Source: Ferroglobus placidus DSM 10642
Lineage (GTDB): Archaea > Halobacteriota > Archaeoglobi > Archaeoglobales > Archaeoglobaceae
Assembly: GCF_000025505.1 (NCBI RefSeq)
Contig: NC_013849.1
Location: 390,001-422,000 of the forward strand
Direction of reading: 5' to 3'
Length of the DNA: 32,000 nucleotides
Position numbers and translations under genes: made by a program. The notes below the pieces were generated by a model. That model saw only the letters and a program-made list of their open reading frames with translations, had not been told where the DNA came from and did no database searches. Of the stretch, positions 31,512-32,000 are shown piece by piece (positions within the stretch are counted from its first letter, which is position 1; every line of letters begins with the position of its first letter).

Positions 31512-32000
31512 TGAAGCGGGCTGTTTTAGTTTTACTGCTGGCAGCGCTCATGCTCATCGCCCAGCCAGTTAGTGCCTGGGGCGCCCCATCCATCTCACTC
31601 TCACCAACCGGAACTGTAAAGACAACGTCTGTAACATTCACAGCCTCTGCAAGCGATTCAGATGGCGTCAAGTCCATCGCTCTGTACGTTGACGGCCGTT
31701 TGTCGGCCTCGAAGACATACGGAAGCTGTGGATATGAAACGGTGAAGAAGTGCGGATACAAGACTGAGAAGGTCAGAAAATGCGGATGGAAGTATCAGAA
31801 GAGCTGTACACCTGTATTCAAGTGCTGGAGCGAGAGAGAGTGCAAACCAAAAGTGAGTTGCAAGCAGAGTTGGGTGTGTCCTGGTCTGGGATGGCTTGCA
31901 GGGAAATGCTTTGCGCATGCGCCATTGCCTCCATGGTACAGAGGGATCTGCAATGCCTGTGCCAGAGAACAATGTACAAAATCTGAAGATTGCCACAATG
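31511..32000 (+). CDS. secreted protein (partial, runs off the right edge): signal peptide, Ig-like domain, Cys-rich region
   Basis: Not in the ORF track because it is open-ended; I translated it by hand and found no stops. It starts MKRAVLVLLLAALMLIAQPVSA-WG..., contains SASDSDGVKSIALYVDGRL, and has about 20 Cys in the last 100 aa. The start overlaps the upstream stop (TAATG). Confidence 0.65.
   Translation, partial: MKRAVLVLLLAALMLIAQPVSAWGAPSISLSPTGTVKTTSVTFTASASDSDGVKSIALYVDGRLSASKTYGSCGYETVKKCGYKTEKVRKCGWKYQKSCTPVFKCWSERECKPKVSCKQSWVCPGLGWLAGKCFAHAPLPPWYRGICNACAREQCTKSEDCHN

Overview
The window is gene-dense and about 48-50% GC. It looks archaeal and probably hyperthermophilic euryarchaeal (Archaeoglobus-like is my guess, not verified). 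Supporting signs are a GC-rich tRNA without encoded CCA, TATA-box promoters, strong GGAGGTGA-type Shine-Dalgarno sites, class-III (archaeal pilin) signal peptides and E/K-rich proteins. Almost everything resembles mobile-element cargo rather than housekeeping. Left part (101-7825): a conjugation-like type IV secretion system (T4SS) module. It has a VirB3-like membrane protein carrying a VirB4 N-domain, an EK-rich protein, a VirB4 ATPase and a VirB2/T4SS-pilin-like protein. These are interleaved with archaeal type-IV-pilin-like genes, a frameshifted prepilin peptidase and a DsbA-like CPHC oxidoreductase. Next (7947-11021): hypothetical proteins, a thioredoxin, an RPA32-like OB-fold protein and a HicB-like protein. 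Next (11013-17811, minus strand): two paralogous Upf1-like SF1 helicases, an SF2 helicase and a tyrosine integrase, all co-oriented. Next (17944-21768): a small membrane protein, a secreted thermonuclease plus a DUF333 lipoprotein, a Gp37/Gp68-like CX3CX2C protein, and tRNA-Leu(GAG). Right of the tRNA: a decayed Fic gene, an operator-like repeat array with two tandem ribbon-helix-helix (RHH) paralogs, a G-rich 11-bp periodic repeat, and a membrane protein. This is followed by a 1-kb gene-free AT-rich region with a 57-bp direct repeat pair. After that comes an operon of a second VirB2-like pilin, a 227-aa protein and a 714-aa ORFan with low-complexity inserts and HUH-like/YxxKY motifs. The window ends with a pilin-signal adhesin carrying Ig-like domains and a Cys-rich secreted partner. 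No CRISPR array, rRNA or recognisable IS element was seen. All functional calls rest on motif recognition by eye; no searches were run.
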